Positions 43,564 through 51,607 of a stretch of 64,000 nucleotides of DNA are shown here, piece after piece. Position 1 is the stretch's first letter. Every line of letters begins with the position of its first letter. A program made the translations under genes and the position numbers. This stretch comes from Chloroflexota bacterium (GTDB taxonomy: Bacteria > Bacillota > Sulfobacillia > JBFLWA01 > JBLNDB01), in the NCBI GenBank assembly GCA_050261235.1, contig JBLNDB010000092.1:18833-82832 (forward strand), read 5' to 3'. The notes under the pieces were generated by a model. That model worked only from the letters and a program-made list of their open reading frames with translations. It was not told the origin of the DNA and ran no database searches.

Positions 43564-44829
43564 ATGCTTCAGACGACGCAGCTGCCCAGTGGCCCCCTGG
43601 TGGTCAGCGAGGCTGTGCCGGGTTTCGGTTCGGTCTCGATTGGCGCCTGGGTGGGTGTCGGCTCGGCCCACGAGCCCGCTGCCCGCTCAGGCCTGTCGCA
43701 CTTCATCGAACATCTCGTGTTCAAGGGGACGCGCCGGCGGACTGCCCGCGAGCTGGCGGAGGCCATCGAGGATGTCGGCGGGCAGATCAACGCCTACACC
43801 GCCAAGGACTACTCGTGCTTCTACGCCAAAGTGCGCCAGCCAGACATCGGCATCGCCGTCGACGTGCTTGGCGACATGCTGACCGAATCCACGTTCACCC
43901 CCGATGACGTCGACCGCGAGCGCGGCGTCGTCCTCGACGAAATCAGGCTGGCCGAAGACGATCCCGGCGATGTCGTGCACGACTTGTTCTGTTCCACCTG
44001 TTGGCCGACCTCACCGCTGGGGCGACCGGTGAGCGGCACACGACTGACTGTCAGCGCCATCTCCCAGTCTGAAGTCGTGAATTTCTTCCGATCGCACTAC
44101 GGACTCGGCAATCTCGTGGTCGTGGCTGCCGGGGCGGTCGACCACGAGCAACTGATCGAGTTGGTTGAACGGCACTTTCTCGGCGCGACCGCGCCGGCAC
44201 CGGCCGTATTGCTGGACATCCCGCAGCCGTGCTTCTCACCTGACTTTGCCTACCGCGCGCGGGCCACGGAGCAGGTTCACCTTTGCCTCGGCAGTGAGGC
44301 ACTGGCCATCGACGATCCGGATGTCTACACGCTGGAAGTCGCCAATGTGCTGATCGGCGGCGGCGCTAGCTCGCGCCTGTTCCAGGAGGTGCGCGAGGAA
44401 CGCGGTCTGGCTTATGACATCTACTCGTACCCTTCGTTCCACCGGCGCGCCGGCCTGTTCACTGTCTATGCCGCGGCATCGCCGGATCTGGCGGTGGAGG
44501 TCGCCGAGATCGCCATCGCCGAACTCCGCTCGCTGATTGCGACACCACCCACCGAACGTGAGGTGGCGCGAGCGCGCGCCCAACTGCTGGCATCGCTCAC
44601 CTTCGGCCTCGAGAGCAGCGGCTCGCGCGCGGCCAGAATCGGCAAGAGCCAGTTCTACCTTGGCCGGGTCGAGACAATCGAGGAGGCGGGGGACCTGATT
44701 GCGCGGGTCACGCCCGCCGATATCCAGCGCTTGGCGGGCCGCCTCTTCTCCGGCCGGTTTGCCGTTGCCGCCGTCGGAGCCGGGGAGGCGGAGCAGCCGC
44801 TCGCCGACCTGTTCCGTCGCATCGGCTGA
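43564..44829 (+). CDS. M16 family zinc peptidase (MlpA/YmxG-like, non-secreted)
   Basis: Inverted zinc motif HFIEHLVFKG plus downstream Glu. Start trimmed from 43357 to MLQTTQLPSGP with GGGGAGG upstream. Confidence 0.85.
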   Translation: MLQTTQLPSGPLVVSEAVPGFGSVSIGAWVGVGSAHEPAARSGLSHFIEHLVFKGTRRRTARELAEAIEDVGGQINAYTAKDYSCFYAKVRQPDIGIAVDVLGDMLTESTFTPDDVDRERGVVLDEIRLAEDDPGDVVHDLFCSTCWPTSPLGRPVSGTRLTVSAISQSEVVNFFRSHYGLGNLVVVAAGAVDHEQLIELVERHFLGATAPAPAVLLDIPQPCFSPDFAYRARATEQVHLCLGSEALAIDDPDVYTLEVANVLIGGGASSRLFQEVREERGLAYDIYSYPSFHRRAGLFTVYAAASPDLAVEVAEIAIAELRSLIATPPTEREVARARAQLLASLTFGLESSGSRAARIGKSQFYLGRVETIEEAGDLIARVTPADIQRLAGRLFSGRFAVAAVGAGEAEQPLADLFRRIG

Positions 44830-44853
44830 CCTGAGCGTAAACCGAAATAGCCG

Positions 44854-44891
44854 CGACAGCCACGGGAAATCCCGTGGCTGTCGCTTTTCTT
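44854..44891 (+). terminator. Strong intrinsic terminator after the M16 peptidase gene
   Basis: GCGACAGCCACGGG-AAAT-CCCGTGGCTGTCGC followed by TTTTCTT. Confidence 0.7.
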
Positions 44892-44985
44892 GTGCCCGTG
44901 TCACACTCCGAGAAGGCGACATAGTATGTAGTAGCTTATGGAACCTCAGGGAACCCGATTGACACTCAGCCGGGGGGAGTCGAGG

Positions 44986-45360
44986 ATGGCTCGCGCAAGG
45001 GTCATCGGTAAGAAGGTGCGCCGGATCAAGAAGCCAGCCGCAAAGGCACAGGAGGCCAAACCAGTGGCATTCGACAGGGCGAAAGCGTTCCAGGACGCCA
45101 TCAGCGAACTCCGCGACAACGCCGATCAGTACATGCGCGAACCGGACTTGGGGTCTGCGATCCGCCGCCTTTTGAACAAAGTCGGCGTACCGATGTCGGA
45201 GCGCCAGGCGGACTCGCTCTGTAACGCAGTGGGCGTAAGCGGCGATCTCAAGCCAGGCGATACTGACGCGCTACGGTCGGCCTTCGGCCGCGCCGCACGC
45301 AATCTGCCGCAAGGCAGCCCCAGCCTGACGGATCTCATGAAGAAGGTTCGCCCGAAGTAG
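44986..45360 (+). CDS. Hypothetical basic protein (124 aa)
   Basis: ATG 6-7 nt after GGGGGGAG. Lys/Arg-rich N-terminus. No homolog recognised. First gene of the insertion. Confidence 0.4.
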   Translation: MARARVIGKKVRRIKKPAAKAQEAKPVAFDRAKAFQDAISELRDNADQYMREPDLGSAIRRLLNKVGVPMSERQADSLCNAVGVSGDLKPGDTDALRSAFGRAARNLPQGSPSLTDLMKKVRPK

Positions 45361-45381
45361 GAAAAGCGCGCATGGCAGGGG

Positions 45382-45576
45382 GTGAGCGGGCTGTTCAAAA
45401 CGCGGATGGATCAGGAGATCTTCCGGCTGGCAACGCTGATCATCCTCTTCTTCTTCTTCGTGGTCGGCGTGGACGCGATCAGCGGCTCGCTCAGCTGGGC
45501 GCCGGCCCGCCGCGTGCCCGCTGCGCCGCCCTGGCCCGCCTCACCATACCCACCTCTGGCACCCGGAAGGAGGTAG
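45382..45576 (+). CDS. Tiny transmembrane peptide, array copy 1 (divergent; the ATG at 45406 is an alternative start)
   Basis: Hydrophobic core LATLIILFFFFVVGV shared with the downstream copies. Confidence 0.4.
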   Translation: MSGLFKTRMDQEIFRLATLIILFFFFVVGVDAISGSLSWAPARRVPAAPPWPASPYPPLAPGRR

Positions 45577-45580
45577 GTGG

Positions 45581-45829
45581 ATGCCCGTCGCCACAGCAGC
45601 ACGGGATCAGGCCAGGGACCACGAACGTGGGCCGGATCTTGGGCCGTACGCCCCGGGTGATGACTTCGACACGGAGCCGGACGACAGTGAGGACGAAGCA
45701 ATTCCTCGCGATCCGGCGGAAGCAGGCTGGCTCAATCCCGGCATACGACCGATCTTCGTGGCTGTGATCCTCATCATCCTGATGTTCTTCTTCACCCTCA
45801 CAACCGTGGTCACTCGCCAACTGCTTTAA
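45581..45829 (+). CDS. Tiny transmembrane peptide, array copy 2 (acidic N-terminal extension)
   Basis: GGAAGGAGGT RBS. C-terminal IRPIFVAVILIILMFFFTL core. Confidence 0.5.
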   Translation: MPVATAARDQARDHERGPDLGPYAPGDDFDTEPDDSEDEAIPRDPAEAGWLNPGIRPIFVAVILIILMFFFTLTTVVTRQLL

Positions 45830-45857
45830 CACGACCCTGACAGGAGGTGAATCAGGA

Positions 45858-46007
45858 GTGGCCGATCTTCAGAGCTCACAGGTGGGCTGGGGCGGCGGAT
45901 GGTTCTTCGGTCCCGGCCGCTGGATCTTCATCGCGGTGATTCTCATCATCTTGCTGTTCTTCTTCGCGATCGTCTCCGTGCCGGGCACGGGCGGACCGAT
46001 CTGGTAG
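45858..46007 (+). CDS. Tiny transmembrane peptide, array copy 3 (49 aa)
   Basis: AGGAGGTGA RBS. VADLQSSQVGWGGGWFFGPGRWIFIAVILIILLFFFAIVSVPGTGGPIW. Not in the ORF track. Confidence 0.6.
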   Translation: MADLQSSQVGWGGGWFFGPGRWIFIAVILIILLFFFAIVSVPGTGGPIW

Positions 46008-46046
46008 AACAGCGATCGATGGTCAGATATTCGGGAGGTGACAAGA

Positions 46047-46169
46047 ATGGCGGACACCCAGACCTCAGGCGGATGGTTCTTCGGTCCCGGCCGCTGGATC
46101 TTCATCGCGGTAATCCTCATCATCCTGCTCTTCTTCTTCGCAATCGTCGCCGTCCGGCCCATCTGGTAA
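46047..46169 (+). CDS. Tiny transmembrane peptide, array copy 4 (40 aa)
   Basis: GGGAGGTGA RBS. MADTQTSGGWFFGPGRWIFIAVILIILLFFFAIVAVRPIW. About 90% nt identity to copy 5. Confidence 0.65.
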   Translation: MADTQTSGGWFFGPGRWIFIAVILIILLFFFAIVAVRPIW

Positions 46170-46204
46170 GCTGACCTGTGCACGCGACCGAGGAGGTGAC
46201 TAGA

Positions 46205-46342
46205 ATGGCAGACACCCAGACCTCAGGCGGATTCTTCTTCGGGCCCGCCCGCTGGATCTTCATCGCGGTGATCCTCATCATCCTGCTCTTCTTCTTCGCG
46301 ATCGTCTCGGTCCCGGGAACCGGCGTCGGCCCGGTCTGGTAA
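46205..46342 (+). CDS. Tiny transmembrane peptide, array copy 5 (45 aa)
   Basis: GAGGAGGTGA RBS. MADTQTSGGFFFGPARWIFIAVILIILLFFFAIVSVPGTGVGPVW. Confidence 0.65.
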   Translation: MADTQTSGGFFFGPARWIFIAVILIILLFFFAIVSVPGTGVGPVW

Positions 46343-46550
46343 GGCAGCATGACGGTCCAGCCCTGGCAGGAGGTGGCATGCGACCCTGGCATAACCTCAC
46401 GGCGGGGCTGGGGCGGCTTCTGGAGTCGAACCCGAATGAGCACGACAACGGCTGATCGACATCAGCCACGCCACCGCAGAGCCGCAGCGACTCCAGGCGC
46501 GGGCCCGGTCGTCGACCGAGCTCAGTGCATGGTCACGGGAGGTGAACCTG

Positions 46551-46670
46551 ATGGCCGATCTTCAGGGTAGCGGCCTGATTTGGGGTCGCTGGATCTGGAT
46601 CGCTGTGATCCTCATCATCCTCCTCTTCTTCTTCGCCATCGTCGCCGTGAGACCGTGCTGGTGGTGGTGA
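46551..46670 (+). CDS. Tiny transmembrane peptide, array copy 6 (39 aa)
   Basis: GGGAGGTGA RBS. MADLQGSGLIWGRWIWIAVILIILLFFFAIVAVRPCWWW. Confidence 0.6.
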   Translation: MADLQGSGLIWGRWIWIAVILIILLFFFAIVAVRPCWWW

Positions 46671-46725
46671 GTACCGCTGCGCGTGCACGCTGCCGAAGGC
46701 ACGCAAGGGCCTGAGGTCGCGAACG

Positions 46726-46763
46726 GGAAGAAGGGCCGGACCGGCTGCCGGTCTGGCCCTTCT
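46726..46763. terminator. Bidirectional intrinsic terminator between the peptide array (+) and the convergent minus-strand gene
   Basis: Near-perfect palindrome AGAAGGGCCGGACCGGC-TGC-CGGTCTGGCCCTTCT with pyrimidine/U-rich flanks on both strands. Confidence 0.6.
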
Positions 46764-46778
46764 CCGATTATCCGGGGG

Positions 46779-47456
46779 CTATTGGGCCGAACTGCCATCA
46801 GCTGTCGCCGGCTGCCGCGGCTGTATGAACGAGGCCAACAGCTCGAGGAACGCTGGCGATGTGATGTACGCCAGCGCGCCGAGAATGTCTGGTGCCTTCA
46901 TGGCGACCGCGTCGGCCTGTTGTGGCGCCTGACCATCGGTCGATGCCACCGACAAGCGCGCTTCGCGCGGCGCGGCCACGCCGCTCAAGGCCCCGAACAG
47001 GCCCTGTGCGATCTGGCTGAGCTGGCGCCGCCCTTCCGGACTCAGCAGGCCGAGCACATTCTTGATGACATCCAGCGCAGTGATGATGCTTTCCGTCGCC
47101 TTGGCCATCTCCTGGGTGGCGCCCTGGAGCTGAACGATACCCACTTGCGCGCGCCCCAGAAGGTCGTCAAGCGAGATGCGCCGCTGCTGGATCCGGACCC
47201 CGGGCGCGAGGCTCTGTGGCACGAAACCGGCTGTTGACACCTCGACCTGTCCGCCGCCCGCCGAGGCTGCCAGCGCCGGCAGAGCAGCTGGTTGCTGGGT
47301 GGCGGCCTCCTCGCCACCGACCAGCGACAGCAGGAAATCACGTTTCTTCTGTAACGAGACAATCTCACTCTCAAGGCGCGCACGCTCTGTCAAGCAAGAC
47401 TGGAGGCGGTAGTTGACACGCTGCAGCCTGTTCACTACCTCGTCCTTATCCGCCAT
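46779..47456 (-). CDS. Hypothetical coiled-coil protein
   Basis: GAGGAGG 10 nt upstream of the ATG (minus strand). N-terminal heptad-like MADKDEVVNRLQRVNYRLQSCLTERARLESEIVSLQKKRDFL. Stop abuts the bidirectional terminator. Confidence 0.55.
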   Translation of the reverse strand: MADKDEVVNRLQRVNYRLQSCLTERARLESEIVSLQKKRDFLLSLVGGEEAATQQPAALPALAASAGGGQVEVSTAGFVPQSLAPGVRIQQRRISLDDLLGRAQVGIVQLQGATQEMAKATESIITALDVIKNVLGLLSPEGRRQLSQIAQGLFGALSGVAAPREARLSVASTDGQAPQQADAVAMKAPDILGALAYITSPAFLELLASFIQPRQPATADGSSAQ

Positions 47457-47555
47457 GTCCGGGCAACCTCCTCGGCAACCAACAAGGTCAACACATTATA
47501 CGGGCAGCCGGCCGGGATGTGAGATGCCTGGTCGAGCCGCAGGGGAGAGAGGACT

Positions 47556-48704
47556 GTGTATCCTTATTATCTCTGGTATCAGCAGAGGCAGTGGTACCAG
47601 CAGCATGACTCACGGAGAATCCTGGTGCTGAACAGCGGCATCGACCCGCTCGACTACTTCCGGCGCACGCTCGGGCGGCAGGGCGCGGTGCTGGTACGCC
47701 ATCTGCCGCTGATCAACGCGGTCACCTGCCACCTGCCGGCGCGGGCGTCGGTGATGACTCTTCGCGGTCAGCCGGAGGTGTCCCGCGTCGACTACGACTT
47801 CCTGCTGCGCATCGAGACAGTCGCGCGGCCTCAACTCGCCAGCATCTCAGCCGGGCAAGAGGTGCCATGGGGGATCGAGCGGATCCGCGCACCGCAGGTC
47901 TGGCAGGCCACTGACGGGTCCGGTGTGCGGATCGGCGTCATCGATACCGGCATCGATCTCACACATCCCGATCTCCAGCAGAACATTGCCGGCGGTACCA
48001 ACATCCTTGATCCCGGCCAGCCGCCGGTCGATGACAATGGTCACGGAACTCACGTCGCCGGTACGATCGCTGCACTGAACAACGGCATCGGCGTGGTCGG
48101 CGGCGCACCGGGCGCACGGATCTTCGCCATCAAGGCGTTCGATCAGAACGGCACGGCACGGCTGTCCGACGTCATCGCCGCACTCGAATGGTGTCTCACC
48201 AACAACATCAGCGTCATCAACCTCAGCTTCGGCAGCGACACGGGAAACGAGAGCTTCCGCGACGCTGTCCGGGCCGCCGCGCGGTCGACCGTCCTGGTTG
48301 CCGCGGCAGGAAACAACGGCCGGGCCGACTCCGTTGACGTTCCCGCCCGCTACCCTGATGTCGTGGCCGTATCCGCATCGACCCGCGCCGACCAGCTGGC
48401 GGCTTTCTCCAGCCGCGGGCCGCAGGTGGCCGTCGCCGCCCCCGGTCAGGATATCCTGTCGACCTGGACGGACGGAGGCTACAGTACGCTCAGCGGCACG
48501 TCGATGGCTACCCCGCACGTCACCGCGCTGTATGCACTGCTGATGCGCTACCGCCCGGGACTGTCGCGGGCGCAGATGCTCGAGATCATCCGTCGCACGG
48601 CCGATCCGCTGATCGGCGTGGCCCAGGATGGCGGTTCCGGCGTCATCAATGCTGCGAACGTGATCACTGCCTTCCGCCCTGGCTGGGTGTTGCCCGCCCG
48701 TTAG
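47556..48704 (+). CDS. Subtilisin-like serine protease (peptidase S8) lacking a signal peptide; intracellular-type
   Basis: Catalytic triad motifs VIDTGID, HGTHVAGTIAA, GTSMATPHV. The N-terminus MYPYYLWYQQRQWYQQHDSRR has no hydrophobic signal. Propeptide-like region precedes the catalytic domain. Confidence 0.85.
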   Translation: MYPYYLWYQQRQWYQQHDSRRILVLNSGIDPLDYFRRTLGRQGAVLVRHLPLINAVTCHLPARASVMTLRGQPEVSRVDYDFLLRIETVARPQLASISAGQEVPWGIERIRAPQVWQATDGSGVRIGVIDTGIDLTHPDLQQNIAGGTNILDPGQPPVDDNGHGTHVAGTIAALNNGIGVVGGAPGARIFAIKAFDQNGTARLSDVIAALEWCLTNNISVINLSFGSDTGNESFRDAVRAAARSTVLVAAAGNNGRADSVDVPARYPDVVAVSASTRADQLAAFSSRGPQVAVAAPGQDILSTWTDGGYSTLSGTSMATPHVTALYALLMRYRPGLSRAQMLEIIRRTADPLIGVAQDGGSGVINAANVITAFRPGWVLPAR

Positions 48705-48729
48705 GCTCATATAATCCACTGGTGATGCT

Positions 48730-49005
48730 ATGCGCATGAGCGAGCTGAGGAACAAGGAACTGATCGACCTGAGCAGCGGCAACCGTCTCGGCCTGATTGG
48801 TGAAGCTGATCTGGTCATCGACCAGGAGAGCGGCAAGATCATCTCGCTGGTCATGCCTGAGCGCGGCGGCGGGTTTAGCCTGTTCGGCCGCGCGCGCGAG
48901 ACCACCGTCCCTTGGTACGCGATCAAGAAAATCGGCGCGGACCTGGTCATCGTCGACCTTCCCGGCGGCGAACTGCCGCGCTCTGAGCGCGAACGCTGGC
49001 AGTAG
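48730..49005 (+). CDS. ymxH: YlmC/YmxH family sporulation protein (PRC-barrel)
   Basis: MRMSELRNKELIDLSSGNRLGLIGEADLVIDQESGKIISLVMPE...LFGRARETTVPWYAIKKIG matches the YmxH family. Conserved position before dpaA. Confidence 0.85.
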   Translation: MRMSELRNKELIDLSSGNRLGLIGEADLVIDQESGKIISLVMPERGGGFSLFGRARETTVPWYAIKKIGADLVIVDLPGGELPRSERERWQ

Positions 49006-49066
49006 CGTCGGATACCGCCCGCAAACGGGGACAAACTATACCCAAATGGCCGAGGGAGGTTTGTCC

Positions 49067-49804
49067 ATGATTGCGGGCGACGATCGGCATGATCGTTCCG
49101 GAGAGGCGCGGACCGGAACTTGGCGCACCGAGCAAAGCAGTGATCTCCATGACGCGCCGACCATCAAAGACATGCACGCAGACCCGGGTGAGGGTCGGGT
49201 GGGGGGCGGCCACGGCGGACGGTCCAACCTCGGCGCGGTCGTCGGCCTGTTCGCCAGTCAGTCGAAGGCCGAACACGCCGTCCGCGCTCTCCGCGACCAA
49301 GGTCTGAAGGAGCAGGACGTCTCGGTCATCGCGCACGATAAGCACGGCGGAGACGCCGGTCGCGGCGCCGAAATCGGCCACGGACGAGACGACAACTTCG
49401 CTCTGATGTTCGATGCGCCTGTCGTGACTGCCGGCTCCGGCCTCGAGCATGAGAACTACGGCGCCGGCTTCTGGACTCCCGCCGCCACCGGCGGCATCGC
49501 CGGCATGCTGACCAGCAGCGGACTGCTGGTCGTCCCAGGCATCGGCCAGGTCTTCGCCGCCGGCCCGTTGCAGGGCGTGATGACGAGCGGAGTGTCCGGG
49601 AGTATCGCCGGCGGCCTGCTTGACCTGGGGATACCGGATGAGCGAAGCCGCCAGATCGAGAGCCGGATCAAGGAAGGGTTCACCCTTGCGGTCGTGCACA
49701 CCGATGATCCGGGTGTTGCTCAGCAGGCGGCAGCGATCATGAAACAGAGCGGAGCAGAAGAGGTAGAGTTTCACGAGCGACAGGGAGTGCGGCCGACGCA
49801 CTAG
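49067..49804 (+). CDS. YflT/DUF1269-like general stress protein with glycine-zipper membrane segment
   Basis: Start trimmed to MIAGDDRHD (ATG 8 nt after GGGAGG). The 5' part of ORF-track 48797 overlaps ymxH. Gly-zipper GGIAGMLTSSGLLVVPGIGQVFAAGPL followed by LGIPDERSRQIESRIKEGFTLAVV. Confidence 0.6.
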   Translation: MIAGDDRHDRSGEARTGTWRTEQSSDLHDAPTIKDMHADPGEGRVGGGHGGRSNLGAVVGLFASQSKAEHAVRALRDQGLKEQDVSVIAHDKHGGDAGRGAEIGHGRDDNFALMFDAPVVTAGSGLEHENYGAGFWTPAATGGIAGMLTSSGLLVVPGIGQVFAAGPLQGVMTSGVSGSIAGGLLDLGIPDERSRQIESRIKEGFTLAVVHTDDPGVAQQAAAIMKQSGAEEVEFHERQGVRPTH

Positions 49805-49810
49805 TGACTC

Positions 49811-49843
49811 CTGGCGGGGGCGGCAACGCCCCCGCCAGTTTTC
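49811..49843 (+). terminator. Intrinsic terminator
   Basis: CTGGCGGGGGCG-GCAA-CGCCCCCGCCAG followed by TTTTCAG. Confidence 0.7.
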
Positions 49844-49862
49844 AGTGGGAACAGGAGGGTGC

Positions 49863-50609
49863 ATGTTGACGATCCGCGTCCTGATTGCGGGTGCGCTCGG
49901 CCGGATGGGCCGGGAGATGGCTGCTGCTCTTCCACGTTATGAGGGTATCGAGGTCGTCGGTGGCGTCAGTCCGTTCGGCGGTGGCCAGGACCTGGGCCAG
50001 GTGACAACCGGCCACGCTTCGGGAGCGCTCGTCCATGCTGACCTGGCTGTTGCCATTGCTGAGACGAGACCGGACGTCCTGGTCGATTTCACGATCGCTT
50101 CAGCTGCCGTGGCCAACTCGCTGACTGCCCTGCGGTCCGGTGTCCGGCCGGTAGTCGGGACAACCGGCATCGCTGAGTCCGATCTCGCCAGGCTGGCGGA
50201 AGCGGCCGAGAACGCGGGACTGGCGATCGCCGTCATACCGAACTTCGCCATCGGCGCCGCGTTGCTTGAGCGCTACTGTGTCGACGCAGCCCGCTATCTG
50301 CCCGATTGCACCGTCATCGAACTCCATCACAACCGGAAGCTCGACGCCCCATCAGGAACCGCCCGGCACCTCGGAGCGGCCATTGCCGCGGCGCGATCCC
50401 CGGAGCGCGGGACGCCAGAGATTCTCAGCGTCCGCCTGCCGGGCCTCGTGGCTCATCATGAGGTCATCTTCGGCGGGCTCGGCCAGACGCTCACCCTTCG
50501 TCACGACAGCATCAGCCGCGAGTCGTTCGCACCCGGGGTCGCGCTGGCGGTGAGTCAGGTCATGCGCCGGCGCGGCATGATCCGCCGCCTGCTTGATCTC
50601 ATGGAATAG
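49863..50609 (+). CDS. dapB: 4-hydroxy-tetrahydrodipicolinate reductase
   Basis: Start trimmed to MLTIRVLIAGALGRMG (GGAGGG 5 nt upstream). ELHHNRKLDAPSGTA active-site motif. Confidence 0.9.
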   Translation: MLTIRVLIAGALGRMGREMAAALPRYEGIEVVGGVSPFGGGQDLGQVTTGHASGALVHADLAVAIAETRPDVLVDFTIASAAVANSLTALRSGVRPVVGTTGIAESDLARLAEAAENAGLAIAVIPNFAIGAALLERYCVDAARYLPDCTVIELHHNRKLDAPSGTARHLGAAIAAARSPERGTPEILSVRLPGLVAHHEVIFGGLGQTLTLRHDSISRESFAPGVALAVSQVMRRRGMIRRLLDLME

Positions 50610-50618
50610 TCGCAACTC

Positions 50619-50646
50619 ACCTGCGCGTGCAGCCGGTCATATAGTG
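50619..50646 (+). promoter_or_regulatory. Putative sigma-K-type promoter (AC-N17-CATAtagTg) upstream of dpaAB
   Basis: AC at 50619-20, 17-nt spacer, CATANNNT(g) at 50638-46. B. subtilis spoVF is sigma-K dependent. Confidence 0.3.
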
Positions 50647-50693
50647 TAGCAATCGTCAGCCTCACCGGCTGCCCAGCAGGGGGTCAGCGTCTC

Positions 50694-51566
50694 ATGCGAA
50701 TCGCAGGAACGACAGTCGCCGTAGTCGGCGGCGACGCCCGTGAACGTGAGGTCATCAGCGCGTTGGTTGGCGCGGGAGCGAGGGTGCAGGTGGCCGCGCG
50801 GCCGGCGGGCGATGTCGGGGCCGAGTGGTCAGCCACTGTCGGCGAGGCGCTCCGCGGCTCCACGGCGCTCGTGCTGCCGATGCCCGGCGTCGACGCTCAG
50901 GGCAGGATCTACGCACCTCTGGTCAGCGAACCGTTTCATCTGCGTGCCAGCGATCTGGCAGGGCTCGTCGCGGGCGCCCCGATCATCGTCGGCGTTGCTC
51001 GCTCCAGCCTGTCCGACCCGGCGGCGGAACTCGGGCACCCGGTCTACGAACTGTCCGAAAACGACGAGCTCGCAATCGCCAACTCCGTCCCGACTGCCGA
51101 GGGGGCGGTGCGGATGGCGATGGAGCGGCGCCCGGTCACCATCCACGGCAGTCAGGCAGTCGTCCTCGGGCTGGGCCGCTGCGGTTTCACTCTCGCCCGC
51201 ACGCTGGCCGCGCTTGGCGCCCGAGTCACCGTAGTCGCTCGCAAACCGGCAGACAGGGCGAGGGCGTCGGCGATGGCCTGGGCCGCAACCGACTACCCCA
51301 GCGCCGGCGCGGCGCTGCAGGAAGCGGACTTCGTCTTCAACACGGTGCCGGCGCTGGTTCTGACCGGAGACAGGCTCGCCCAGACGCGGCCCGATTGTCT
51401 GATTGTCGATCTGGCGAGCGCACCGGGCGGGACCGACTTCGCCGCTGCGTCGGCGCTCGGCCGTGAAGCCCTGCTCGCCCCCGGTCTGCCCGGCAAGTGC
51501 GCGCCGGTCACGGCCGGCCGGGCGGCAGCGCGCGTCATTCTCGACCTCCTGACCAGCTGTCGCTGA
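50694..51566 (+). CDS. dpaA: Dipicolinate synthase subunit A
   Basis: Colinear with B. subtilis SpoVFA (IANSVPTAEG, TIHGSQAVVLGLGRCG, LIVDLASAPGGTDF, ALLAPGLPG). Confidence 0.95.
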   Translation: MRIAGTTVAVVGGDAREREVISALVGAGARVQVAARPAGDVGAEWSATVGEALRGSTALVLPMPGVDAQGRIYAPLVSEPFHLRASDLAGLVAGAPIIVGVARSSLSDPAAELGHPVYELSENDELAIANSVPTAEGAVRMAMERRPVTIHGSQAVVLGLGRCGFTLARTLAALGARVTVVARKPADRARASAMAWAATDYPSAGAALQEADFVFNTVPALVLTGDRLAQTRPDCLIVDLASAPGGTDFAAASALGREALLAPGLPGKCAPVTAGRAAARVILDLLTSCR

Positions 51567-51607
51567 CCCTCGGCGATCCGGTGGGGCTGTTTCATCAGGA
51601 GGGGCCT

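Noticed and set aside
45372-46680. CRISPR-like or IS-like interpretation of the repetitive 45.4-46.7 kb region
   Set aside because: Repeats are about 120 nt coding units, each with an RBS and start/stop. The spacers are not unique-length protospacer-like. No cas genes or transposase are present.
48705-48729. CATATAAT (sigma-K-like -10) immediately before ymxH
   Set aside because: Only about 15 nt from the start codon, leaving no room for a leader/RBS. ymxH may be co-transcribed with the subtilase or use a different promoter.
48797-49066. N-terminal 90 codons of ORF 48797..49804
   Set aside because: Overlaps ymxH in another frame with junk composition. A strong RBS precedes the internal ATG at 49067.
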